Shown here one piece after another: positions 38,781-50,498 of a stretch of DNA of 64,000 nucleotides. The stretch lies in contig NC_043007.1 of assembly GCF_006345805.1 (NCBI RefSeq), positions 12,896,001-12,960,000 of the forward strand, given 5' to 3'. This stretch comes from Octopus sinensis. Its lineage: Eukaryota. Positions within the stretch are counted from its first letter, which is position 1; each line of letters begins with the position of its first letter. The notes beneath the pieces were generated by a model that worked only from the letters and a program-made list of their open reading frames with translations, was not told the DNA's origin and did not search any database. The translations under genes were made by a program, and so were the position numbers.

Positions 38781-39091
38781 TGTATGTAAATAAATATTGG
38801 TGGATGTATGCCCGTATAATGTATTTACTAGTGTGTGTGTGTGTGTGTGTATTTACGTATGTGCATATTTAAGTACATGTGTGTGTAAATGAGCATTGCG
38901 AGTGTTAATTTGAGTTTGATAAGATGTTTTCAACCTCTTTCAAGGAGGTGGAAGTGAATGCCAGTGAATACTGGAAACACCCAAAAATGAGAGGGACATT
39001 TGTTTTAAAAATACATCTACGTTTCACACATCCAACCCTTTTATATACGAAATGAATTCAGAACAAAAAGTCATGAGAAAAAAATAACCAT

Positions 39092-39492
39092 AGGCGCAGG
39101 AGTGGCTGTGTGGTAAGTAGCTTGCTTACCAACCACATGGTTCCGGGTTCAGTCCCACTGCGTGGCACCTTGGGCAAGTGTCTTCTTCTATAGCCTCGGG
39201 CCGACCAAAGCCTTGTGAGTGGATTTGGTAGACGGAAACTGAAAGAAGCCCGTCGTATATATGTATAAATATATATATGTGCGTGTGTGTTTGTTTGTCT
39301 GTGTTTGTTCCCCTAGCATTGCTTGACAACCGATGCTGGTGTGTTTATGTCCCCGTCACTTAGCGGTTCGGCAAAAGAGACCGATAGAATAAGTACTGGG
39401 CTTACAAAGAATAAGTCCCGGAGTCGAGTTGCTCGATTAAAGATGGTGCTCCAGCATGGCCGCAGTCAAATGACTGAAACAAGTAAAAGAGT
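39092..39492 (+). mobile_element. SINE family A, full length, near consensus
   Basis: GGCGCAGGAGTGGCTGTGTGG...GAAACAAGTAAAAGAGTA. Confidence 0.92.
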
Positions 39493-39657
39493 ATAGTGCT
39501 TTTGGTAACCCACCTCAAAATGGGAAGATCATCAAGGTTATGTGCAGTTACAAGACTCTCTTGGTGTGTTGTTCCATGAGATAACCACAAGATTGTCACA
39601 GAGTGTCTGTGGTAAAAGCTAGAATATTTGTCTTATTTATCAATATTAAAAATACTG

Positions 39658-40049
39658 GGATCTTTTCGGTTTGAACGGCAGTTTTTAACATAATTTCTAG
39701 GTAACTAAAAAATTTTAAACTTCGTATACTGGTAGAATGTGTTTATAAAACATCTTTTTCTCTTGGATTTATTGAGAAAATTCTATGGTTTGTAAGATAT
39801 TTGTTGTTTCTTTTCTTCAATTTCTGCAATTTCAACCAATCAATGACGTCCATTGAGGTAAAAAAAACATTCTGTGTCGTATGAATATGTCCCTCTTTAA
39901 GAAACAGATTGGGTTTATTACATTTCTGAAGAAAAAAAGATACCCTTCCCCCCATCCTAACTAACCCTAACCCTAAAACAGATTGAAATGCAATAGATCG
40001 ATACTAGGGGCACCGCTAGAAAAAACTGGCGTTCAAACCGAAAAGATCC
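39658..40049. mobile_element. GG-ended MITE with 8-bp TSD (Merlin-like), copy 3
   Basis: Same TIRs; TSD AAATACTG (39650-39657, 40050-40057). Confidence 0.85.
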
Positions 40050-40235
40050 AAATACTGAATATATATATATATATATTATATAATCATATAGGGTAAATAA
40101 TTATCAATTTGATAATTAATTAATTTTACCAAGTAGTTGTTTCGGTATGGAAAAGAACCATATTCGGTAAAAACTTATACAAAAAGTTGTTTTTTTTATA
40201 TATATAAATATATATATAATTATAACTATAATTAA

Positions 40236-40396
40236 GGGTCTAGCAACAAGTTACTTCACCACATACCGAAAATTTAGAAATAGCGGCCAAAAGGCCGTTA
40301 TTTCTTTTCACTACAAAATATGACTTCACAGATAACAATATTTGTAAGAAGAAAAATAATGAAATCAAACGGTCTTCGAAGACTGTTGCTAAACCC
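40236..40396. mobile_element. Small MITE, TTAA|GGG...CCC|TTAA (Kolobok-like, or TA-targeting)
   Basis: 21-bp inverted repeat 40227-40247 / 40385-40405 with 1 mismatch. Confidence 0.5.
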
Positions 40397-40799
40397 TTAA
40401 TTATATATATATAATGCCATGATATGAGGTGTTTTCAATCTGTACATATCATGTATTGTCAACAAATGACTGGCGTAAATGTTTTGTTTCGTTGTTTTTA
40501 TTTTGCTTAGGATTTTTCCACATGCATAAATGCTATTAATCACATATAAAGTGTATACAAGTCATGTATTGAAAGTAATACGTGATTTAGAACAATTTGT
40601 TTCATTACTTCATTCATTACTTTGTGTTTTTTTTTTACTGGATACTGCTCAAATAAGTAAGAAGATAAGAGTTGTTGAAATAAACCTTGACTTTATTTTA
40701 ACCAGAGCCAAGCAAATTCACGAATTGTGAACTCTAACCTGGCTCTCCATCTGTTATGATCATGAGTATTCCAGTTGATACGAACAAAGGAACAGCCTG

Positions 40800-41141
40800 G
40801 GATCTTTACCTTTTGACCAACAGATTTAAAAAATAATTTTTTGTAACTAAACACTTTCAAACTTCAGACAGTGGTAGAATGTGTCATATAAAACATATTT
40901 TACTCTTAGCATTTTTGAGAGAAACTTATATTTATGAAGTTATTTCACGTTAAAGTTATCGTATTTCAGTAATTTCAACCAATCAATGACGTGTATTCAG
41001 CTGAATAAAATTACTGCCGTTGTTTGTCAACAACAACTATCGGCGGTGTATTTTTCGTTTGTCACTGTTATTTATGACATCGTTCGTGCGTTTGTACTGG
41101 TTTTAAGGTCTTAGGGTTAGGGTTTAGGGTTAGAGTTAAGG
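40800..41141. mobile_element. Diverged, truncated relative of the Merlin-like MITE
   Basis: GGATCTTT start, shared GTAACTAAACACTTT/AACCAATCAATGACGT blocks, TTAGGG repeats in the opposite orientation. Confidence 0.55.
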
Positions 41142-41619
41142 TTGCAGTCAAATGATAGAAACTAGTAAAGGAATAAAAGAATATATATTAATGTGTGTGT
41201 ATGTATATATTATAGGGGTGAAAGAAAGGTGATGGGTGGTCCTTAATTAGGGGATAGCGAAAGGTTGAAGTGATGAGGTGAACAGAGGCAAGGTGGAATG
41301 GGAGTAGGCTGGGTCAGGAGGGGGTGGGGGTGAAAGGGGTGAAGTGAAGAAATGACTTTGGGTGTTTATGCCAACCAGTCAGAAGTAACATCAGTTGCAC
41401 TCAAAACTATATCCAAATGTGATGATGATGATGGAGATAAGGTACAACTAAGCAAAAATATAAAATTTGAAAGAAAAAATTAAAACAGAAAACATCAAAT
41501 AATAATAATAATCCTTTCTATTATAGGCACAAGGCCTGAAATTTTTTGGGGACAGAGGTTTAGTGTGGTTGGGAAGCAAGCTTCTCATCACACAGCCACA
41601 CCTATATATATTTATGACC

Positions 41620-41932
41620 GTTGCCAGCACTGCCCCGTTTCGTGTCCGTTGCCAGCCTCGCCTGGCCCTCGTGTCGGTGGCACATAAAAAGCACCATCCG
41701 TTCGTGGCCGTTTGCCAGCTCTGTCTGGCACCTGTGTGGGTGGCACGTAAAAAGCACCCACTACACTCGCGGAGTGGTTGGCGTTAGGAAGGGCATCCAG
41801 CTGTAGAAACACTGCCAGATTTGACTGGGCCTGATGAAGCCTTCTGGCTTCACAGACCCCAGTAGAACCGTCCAACCCATGCTAGCATGGAAAGCGGACG
41901 CTAAACGATGATGATGATGATGATGATGATGA
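41620..41932 (+). mobile_element. RTE-LINE 3' end fragment (family D)
   Basis: GTTGGCGTTAGGAAGGGCATCCAGCTGTAGAAA core and (GAT)n tail. Confidence 0.8.
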
Positions 41933-42313
41933 TAAAAGAATTTTAGTTGAAGAAATTGGTCCCAGATTTTAACTTTTTTACTAGTATTTATTCTATTGGT
42001 CTCTTCTGCCAAACTAAACACCCAACATCAGCAGTCAAGCAGGTGGACAGAGGATGGGGGACAATCATAGACACAGTACACACCCACATATATGACAAGC
42101 TTCTTTCAGTTTCCGTCTACCAAATCCATTCACAAGGCTTTGGTCAGCTCAAGGCGAGTAGAAAATATTTGTGCAAGGTGCCGCACAGTGGGACTGAACC
42201 CAGAGCCATGTGGTTGGGAAGCAAACTTCTTTACCACACAGCCATGTCACATATGCACTTCTTTCAGTTTTCCATCTACAAAATTCAATCACATCACTTT
42301 GATCTGCCAAGGG

Positions 42314-42384
42314 CAGGGGGTCTCCAAACTAATCAATATTGATCCATGAAGGGGTCGATGGTCTAAAATGTTAGGAGACCCCTG
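42314..42384. mobile_element. Tiny hAT-type MITE
   Basis: CAGGGGGTCTCC...GGAGACCCCTG; imperfect 8-bp TSD GCCAAGGG/GCATAGGG. Confidence 0.5.
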
Positions 42385-42610
42385 GCATAGGGCTTCTAGT
42401 AGAAGACATGAGCTGTGCAGTGGAATTGAACCCCCAAAGTTTTGAAGGAAACCTCTTGACAACACAACCATGCTGGCATCTATAAGTGTGTGCGTGTTTA
42501 TGCATATGTATACAATATATCCATGTAATATACATACATACATTCTTTTATTTGTTTCAGTTGTTTGACTGTGGCCATGCTGGAGCACCAGCTTTTAAAG
42601 TTAAGACTAT

Positions 42611-42692
42611 TGGCAGCGGTGGGATTCGAACCCACGCCACCAAAGAGACTGGTGCCTTAAACCAGCGCCTTAGACCGCTCGGCCACACTACC
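42611..42692 (-). tRNA. tRNA-Leu (anticodon AAG), 82 nt
   Basis: GGTAGTGTGGCCGAGCGGTCTAAGGCGCTGGTTTAAGGCACCAGTCTCTTTGGTGGCGTGGGTTCGAATCCCACCGCTGCCA: intact A/B boxes, acceptor stem with two G-U pairs, anticodon stem CTGGT/ACCAG, long variable arm with one U-U mismatch. Confidence 0.92.
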
Positions 42693-43016
42693 AGCATATA
42701 TACATATAGCATGCTTTTATATAACACAAAACACATACACAGAATTACACACACACACACATGCAGGTATTATGTGTGTTTGTACGCGTGGATGATCAAC
42801 ATAAAGCAAACGATTTGTGTGGCCAGGGCCAAATAATTAGATTGCATCGGTACATTTATTTGGCTTCTTCACCGATGTCTACACCCTGGAGCCTGTCTAG
42901 ATAAATAGAATGAATTATGAATGCAGACAGTTCAGAGAATTACATTTTCAACTTAAATAATTATAACAACAAGAGGAGCAGTAATAATAATAATAATAAT
43001 AATAATAGTAATAATA

Positions 43017-43289
43017 ATGATAATAATAATAATAATAATAATAATAGTAGTAGTAGTAATAATAATAGTAATAATAATGATAATAATAAATAAGGATAAT
43101 GCTACTGATAATAATAATAATAATAATAGTAATAATAATAATGATAATAATAATAATAATAATGATAATAATAATAATAATGATAATAATAATAATAATA
43201 ATGATAATAATAATAATAATAGTAATAATAATAGTAATAATAATGATAGTATAATAATAATAATAGTAATAATAATGATAATAATGATG

Positions 43290-43349
<60 letters not shown>

Positions 43350-43381
43350 CAAAATTATTATCATCATCATCATCATTACTC

Positions 43382-43430
<49 letters not shown>
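43017..43430. repeat. (AAT)n tract followed by an inverted (TTA)n tract
   Basis: Orientation switch at about 43350. Confidence 0.9.
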
Positions 43431-43719
43431 GATGGTAAGATGGCAGTTTAATGACTGAAACAATGAAAGAATAAAAGAATAGAACTATTTATCTAATCCA
43501 GTGGTTCTAAACTGGGGTCCATATAAGACTATTGGTGGCCCAAACAAGCAAAAGAGTACATTGGGGACCCACATAAATATTCTAAAGTTCCACGAAAAAT
43601 GTGTTTGTTAGGCAAAAAACAGCCCAGTTTCTTTCTCTGTTTTACATTGTTCAACCTACATGGGTTAATGTGTGAAAAACAAAATAGGAATTTAGAAGAG
43701 ACACGTAAAAGGGCACCGT

Positions 43720-44005
43720 TCGAGCATGATTGTTACCAGCATTGCCTTACCGGCACCTGTGTCGGTGGCATGCATAAAAAGTTTCGAGCAAGGTCATTGC
43801 CAGTACCGCCTGACTGGCACGTAAAAAGCACCCACTGCACTCTCGGAGTGGTTGGCGTTAGGAAGGGCATCCAGCTGTAGAAACTCTGCCAGATCAAGAT
43901 TGGAGCCTGGTGTGGCCGTCTAGTTCGCCAGCCCTCAGTCAAAATCGTCCAACCCATACTAGCATGGAAAGCGGACGTTAAACGACGATGATGATGATGA
44001 TGATA
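43720..44005 (+). mobile_element. RTE-LINE 3' end fragment (family D)
   Basis: Same core and (GAT)n tail. Confidence 0.8.
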
Positions 44006-45006
44006 GAAATGACTTTGGGATGTTCACAAGAATAGAATAGCAATCAAATGGGTCCATAGGCAAAAAATGGTTAAGCACTACTGATCTAACCCATACTAGC
44101 ATGGCGAAAGACAGATGAGAAATGAGCAAATGAAACAGACACACACACACTCACACATGGGAAAATATTATCCACTAGGTTACCAAACTGTAATTGTTGC
44201 CATAATGGGAATTTCTCTTCTTAGCTCAAGTACTTATATTTTAAAAGAAGGAAATAATTTTTTCAGGAAGTATGCTTTTCTCAAGGGTATTAGGGATGTA
44301 AATAATGTGAATAGTTTTCAGTGAGAAGCAGGAAACAAGTCATAGTTTCAGTTTGTTAGCATCGTGTTTTCATTATCTATTTATTTATCTTTTAGTTTTT
44401 GGTTTAATAAATTAATTAAGCGAGGAAATTCAATGCAATGACCTTTGCAGACCCTATCTCTTCTGTAAAGAGAAATTAATAATGTTGATGATGATGATAA
44501 TAATAATAATAAGTTTTGTCTTGGTATAAAAAGATGGGCTACAGTAAATATTCTGCTCAATACCACAGATTTGCTTGTCAGTTGTTTGATCTTAACCAGT
44601 TGACCATGTCTCTTAGTGGCTGACGATATGTGTATCTCTAATCATGAGCAGGAGTAGTGGGAGAGCATCATAACCATGTGTTGAGAGGGATTCTTTGGGG
44701 TTTGAATAATTAACATCTGGTAACATGGGTGTTTCGTTCAACATCCTTAAACAACCCTTATTCAGGGACCTTTTGAGCGGGATGGGTTACTCGACCTGAA
44801 GCAAATTGTAACTGGGCCCCCACCTGCAAGGTCATGCGCTGTTTATCTTGATATGAGATCACCATGTCGTGCACACATGGTTGTAATGCATGTGCCTAGT
44901 GTACCCTTATCAGACAGGTAGTCATGATGGGTATACTGGGCTTTGTATATTTTACCCCAGTGTCACTTTGATGGCATGCACTGCTCTCTCACTCAACAAC
45001 AACAAC

Positions 45007-45042
<36 letters not shown>

Positions 45043-45057
45043 TAATAATAATAATAA

Positions 45058-45377
45058 CGCGATAAGGAAGAAAGAATAGTCGATAGATATGACGGGTTAG
45101 CTTGGGAGGTTAAGCAGTTGTGGTCAATGAAAAAGGTGATAGTAGTACCAATAATTGTTGGAGCCCTGGGAACAGTGTGTAAAAATCTTGAGAAGTACAT
45201 GGAACAAATAGGAGCTGCAATAAGGATGGAGCACTTGCAGAAAACAGCATTGTTTGGAACTGCTTGAATATTCCGGAAGGTGTTTGAAAAATAAGAGGTG
45301 TTACCTTAGTTCACTGGTAGTGAACAGCTGACACCATAGTACATCTTCAGCGTTAGAAGCTGTGCAAAGGCAATGAC

Positions 45378-45416
<39 letters not shown>

Positions 45417-45751
45417 TAATAATAATAATAACGCGATAAGGAAGAAAGAATAGTCGATAGATATGACGGGTTAGCTTGGGAGGTTAAGCAGTTGTGGTCA
45501 ATGAAAAAGGTGATAGTAGTACCAATAATTGTTGGAGCCCTGGGAACAGTGTGTAAAAATCTTGAGAAGTACATGGAACAAATAGGAGCTGCAATAAGGA
45601 TGGAGCACTTGCAGAAAACAGCATTGTTTGGAACTGCTTGAATATTCCGGAAGGTGTTTGAAAAATAAGAGGTGTTACCTTAGTTCACTGGTAGTGAACA
45701 GCTGACACCATAGTACATCTTCAGCGTTAGAAGCTGTGCAAAGGCAATGAC
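45058..45751 (+). pseudogene. Two tandem copies (period 374 bp) of the 3' end of an RLE-type (R4/Dong-like) non-LTR retrotransposon in (AAT)n
   Basis: DKEERIVDRYDGLAWEVKQLWSMKKVIVVPIIVGALGTV...LQKTALFGTA*IFRKVF, followed by 3' UTR and (AAT)n; copies 45058-45377 and 45432-45751. Confidence 0.8.
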
Positions 45752-46479
45752 AATAATAATAATAATAATAATAATAATGAGCACTCAGAGAGCGCAAGCT
45801 TCTGCCAATGCAACTCTCAACGATTAGCTGGAGATGATTTTTAAAATGAGAATATCTGAAATAAACTGGACTGCTCTCAGAAATAAGAATACTAAAAACG
45901 AACCCAACTGCTCCCAAATGGAAAAATTATCCAAATATATATATATATATTGAGTGAGAGTTGAAGGGAGAGAAGATGAAATACTAATACAGTGAAGGAG
46001 GAGTAGTGAGAGTAATAGCCATGATTGAGAGAGAGTAAGAGAAAGTAATGACAATGAGAAAGATGAAATGAAGTGACAAAGAGAGCATCATATGGAGGAG
46101 GAAAGAAGGGGGTGATAGATGAATAATGAAGGAATGAGTGAAAAATCCAATAAATGGCATTTGAAGTGTGAGTATATGCGTATGTAAAAGAGAGGTATGT
46201 TTGCGTGCATGTATGTGTACAATGGAAGTGGGATGGTAATGTTCAATGCTGAAAATGTGTATATGTGTGTACGTGCGTGCGTGTACAAGAGAACTATGTG
46301 AAACTTTACATATACATTGTAAAGTAAAAAAAAATCGGAAAAATAATCCAGAATCCTTGTCCGGTACCGGATCACTCCCAAAATCTAATGAGACTGTGCC
46401 AGTCACAAGGCCAGGCATCCCTGAATGTTTCATCTGAATTTAACCAGTCACCATACTGGACAGCTAAATCCAAAGTTTT

Positions 46480-46640
46480 TTTTTATTCTCTCTTTGTTTA
46501 TTTTCTCTTATTCCTTTCTGTTGAAGAGCGTAGGCTCGAAACGTAAAAGACTTTCTCACTTTCCTGGGCATCAAACTAACACATCTGTTTGTTGTTCATA
46601 CACTTGTGTTTGTCTTGTTTTTCTGTAAATTTCAACTATA
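46480..46640 (+). mobile_element. Penelope-like element terminal fragment with hammerhead-like motif (46514-46549)
   Basis: CTTT-CTGTTGA-A-GAGC-GTAG-GCTC-GAAACGTA-AAAG; homologous to 54405-54575. Confidence 0.6.
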
Positions 46641-46782
46641 TATATATATATATATTTGGAAATGGATGTGTGGTGTTCAATTAAATAATGATATAAATAT
46701 GATATATATATATATATTCGGAAATGGATGTGTGGTGTTCAATTAAATAATAATATGAATAATATATATATACACATATGCA

Positions 46783-46970
46783 TATATGGGTACAGGACAT
46801 CACCAACTGTAAACAACATGAAGTATGAAAACAAAGCTGACAACTAATGAAAGGCCGTTCTTTGTGTTACTCATCCCATTTTCCATCATTTTTTCTCTCG
46901 TTTGCGTATTCAACTCATTTATTTTTGTACTTCATGTTGTTTACAGTTGGTGATGCCTTATACCCATATA
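46783..46970. mobile_element. MITE with ~43-bp TIRs in (TA)n
   Basis: TATATGGGTACAGGACATCACCAACTGTAAACAACATGAAGTA and a near-exact inverted copy. Confidence 0.65.
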
Positions 46971-46974
46971 TATC

Positions 46975-47295
46975 ATCATCATCATAGTTTAACGTCTGCT
47001 TTCCATGCTGGCATGGGTTGGACAGTTTGACTGAGAACTGGTGAGCCGGAGGCCACGCCAGGCTCAATCTGATCTAGCAAAGTTTCTACAGCTGGATGTC
47101 CTTCCTAACACCAACTGCTCCGAGAGTGTAGTGGGTGCTTTTTACATGCCACCATCACGAGGGCCAGTCAGGCAGTTCTGGCAATGACCACACTCAAAAG
47201 GTGTTTTTATGTGTTACCTGCACAGGAGCCAGTCCGGCGGCACTGGCAATGACCACACTCAAATGTTGTTTTTCACGTGCCACTGGCACATCTGC
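46975..47295 (-). mobile_element. RTE-LINE 3' end fragment (family D)
   Basis: (CAT)n tail, core, and internal tandem subrepeats. Confidence 0.75.
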
Positions 47296-47333
47296 CGGTA
47301 TGTATATATATATAAAAATATTTTTGATAAGGT

Positions 47334-47727
47334 GGAGTGGCTGTGTGACCAACCACATGGTTCCGGGTTCAGTCCCACTGCGTGACACCTCGGGTAAGTG
47401 TCTTCTACTATAGCCTTGGGCCGACCAAAGCCTTGTGAGTGGATTTGGTAGACAGAAACTGAAAGAAGCCCGTCGTATATATGTATATATATGTGTTTGT
47501 GTGTGTGTGTCTGTGTTTGTCCCCTCCCAACATCTCTTGACAACCGATGCTGGTGTGTTTATGTCCCCGTTACTTAGCGGTTCGGCAAAGAGACTGATAG
47601 AATAAGTACTGGGCTTACAAAAGAATAAGACCCGGGGTCGAGTTGCTCGATTAAAGGCGGTGCTTCAGCATGGCCGCAGTCAAATGACTGAAACAAGTAA
47701 AAGAGAGTAAAAGAGTAAAGAGAGTAA
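47334..47727 (+). mobile_element. SINE family A
   Basis: Head slightly truncated; extended (GAGTAAA) tail. Confidence 0.88.
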
Positions 47728-47805
47728 GAACCGAAACATGTAAAATCTCTAAGAAAATTAAAATTTATCTTTTATAGTAGCATTTTCAAACTTCTTTTTT
47801 TATAA

Positions 47806-47830
<25 letters not shown>

Positions 47831-47838
<8 letters not shown>

Positions 47839-48301
47839 AAACAAACACATATGAAAGAGAAAAGTAAATTAAACCCACCTCAGTATATACCCGGTATTTA
47901 ATTTACTAACCATAGATGAATGAGGGACAAAAGTTTCTTCAGAACACAACTAAACATGTAATGGCTTAATATGGCATCAAATCTTTTGTATTACCATTTC
48001 TGCCTCTCCAAGAGAAATTAAATATTAACATTCGCATAAGAGTGTTTTCTTTATAAATAGAAATGGTGCAAAAAGCAGATGAAGTTGTGCAGCAAATTGC
48101 AGAAAGTCTGGTTGCACATTGCCATTATCTCGAAAGGTATGTTTTGCTGCCTTTGCAGTGATACAGTTTGTAAAAACATATGGTACCTATTTTTATGTGT
48201 CAGGGACCCACCTTACATGGCCACCCTGTTAGCTGCCAATACTTCCCATATGGCACCCAGATAATGTGGGTTTTGGAACCCCAGATGGAAGACAAGGGTC
48301 T

Positions 48302-48366
<65 letters not shown>

Positions 48367-48826
48367 AAACAAACACATATGAAAGAGAAAAGTAAATTAA
48401 ACCCACCTCAGTATATACCCGGTATTTAATTTACTAACCATAGATGAATGAGGGACAAAAGTTTCTTCAGAACACAACTAAACATGTAATGGCTTAATAT
48501 GGCATCAAATCTTTTGTATTACCATTTCTGCCTCTCCAAGAGAAATTAAATATTAACATTCGCATAAGAGTGTTTTCTTTATAATAGAAATGGTGCAAAA
48601 AGCAGATGAAGTTGTGCAGCAAATTGCAGAAAGTCTGGTTGCACATTGCCATTATCTCGAAAGGTATGTTTTGCTGCCTTTGCAGTGATACAGTTTGTAA
48701 AAACATATGGTACCTATTTTTATGTGTCAGGGACCCACCTTACATGGCCACCCTGTTAGCTGCCAATACTTCCCATATGGCACCCAGATAATGTGGGTTT
48801 TGGAACCCCAGATGGAAGACAAGGGT

Positions 48827-48829
<3 letters not shown>
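47831..48829. repeat. Near-identical ~527-bp tandem duplication separated by (TA)n
   Basis: Identical ORFs at 48079 and 48606; only a 1-bp A-run difference was noticed. Confidence 0.9.
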
Positions 48830-48869
<40 letters not shown>

Positions 48870-48913
<44 letters not shown>

Positions 48914-49360
48914 CATGGTAAATAATAATCTTCCATAAGATTAAATAATAAATACAGAAAATGTGTAAATGTGAAAATGGCGGGAGAGAGAGAATGGGGG
49001 GGAGGAAGAGAGAGAGAGAGAGAATGGTCGGGAGGGAGGAAGAGAGAGAGAGAAAATGGTGGGGAGGGAGGAAGAGAGAGAGAGAAAATGGTGGGGAGGG
49101 AGGAGAGAGAGAGAGAATGGTAGGGAGGGAGGAAGAGAGAAAAGATAAGTGGGAAGAGAAGAGAGAGAGAGAGAGAGGGAGGATAAGTGGGGAAAGAATA
49201 GAGAGAGTGAGAGAAGAGAGAAAGAGGGAGGGATACAGAAGAAAAGCGACAGGGAGAGATGACAAGAGAAAGAGAGAGATAGGTGGGGAGGAAGGAAGAG
49301 AGAGAAGATAAGTGATAAGAGAAAGGGAGAAAGGGTGAGAGAGAGAGAAAGGCAAATAGA
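48870..49360. repeat. Polypurine (GA)n/GGGAGGA tract
   Basis: Almost pyrimidine-free strand with short direct subrepeats. Confidence 0.9.
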
Positions 49361-49855
49361 CAGACCAACAGATAAACAAACGAAGAAAAAAGATTTTGTT
49401 TTCTGTTTTTCTTCTTCGTAAGAAGTTGAGAATATCCCAGCCTATTTCTGTTGATGTTGAAATCCTTGTTTATAATCATATAAAATATTTATTTTACAAT
49501 AACTCAATAAAATGGCGTGAAACACCATCTAAACCTTCCCCTTCTTCACCCTACAGAAAAAGTACCCCCTAACCTTATAGTACATTCTCTCTTCCACACC
49601 CCTCAATATTCCTGTGTTGTTTTAACATCGGTGATAAAGGAAAAGCTCAAAATGTTCAGTTTCCAGCTGTCAAAAATTTACCAAAGTTTTTAACTTTTTA
49701 GCATTTAAAAACCGAGCCGTATGCAGCCCAAATATTTGATCTGTTTTATGTTCAAGGTGGTCAGATTCGGCCTCTTGTACCAACCCTACATTGTCATTCT
49801 AAAAATAAACAATTACATCATCAAACTCTCAAAACATTGAGATAATGCAAGATTA

Positions 49856-50016
49856 CTGTATCTTAATGTATATAAGGAACCCCTTAATTTTGGGGGCTAA
49901 AATTTGGAAAAAAGGTTTTGTAAGGGATTATAATGCTATCCGTGTATAAGAAACACCCATATTTTTTACACCTAATTTTTGACAAAAATGGGTTCCTTAT
50001 ACACATTGAAATACGG
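49856..50016. mobile_element. Tc1/mariner (pogo/Tigger-like) MITE with TA TSD
   Basis: TA|CTGTATCTTAATGTATATAAGGAACCC...GGGTTCCTTATACACATTGAAATACGG|TA. Confidence 0.75.
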
Positions 50017-50025
50017 TAATTTTAA

Positions 50026-50498
50026 CCCTTTCGTTACTGTATTTATTTTGAGATGCTCTGTGTTTCTTTCAATTACTTTAAATATAACAAAGAATTTAGT
50101 AAAATAACTTAGTTATCATTCAGCTAGTATTAGGAACATAAATTGTGACTAAGGTTTGGTGGAAGATTTTAATTCAGAACTTTTGGAAACAAGACATTTG
50201 TACTACAGAGCCAGAAATGGTTTCAGCTGGGTTGGTATCAAAAAGGTTAAGAATTGATTCTCTATTATATATTTTAACCCTTTTGTTACCACATTTCTGT
50301 TGAGATGCTCTGTGTTTCTTTCAATTAATTTAAAATATAACAAAGAATTTACTAAAATAACTTAGTTACCATTAAGCTAGTGTTAGGAACATAAATTGTG
50401 GCTAAGGTTTGGGGGAAGATGCTGATTCAAAACTTATGAAAACAAGACATATGTACTCAGAATAAGAGCCGGTTTCAGCCGGGTTGGTAATGAAAGGG
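50026..50498 (+). mobile_element. piggyBac-like TTAA MITE (P1) dimer, second occurrence
   Basis: Same two units and the same 23-bp spacer as 18377-18848. Confidence 0.88.

Noticed and set aside
41110-41141. TTAGGG repeats as a telomere or fusion site
   Set aside because: Short, degenerate, and part of the Merlin-like MITE family interior.
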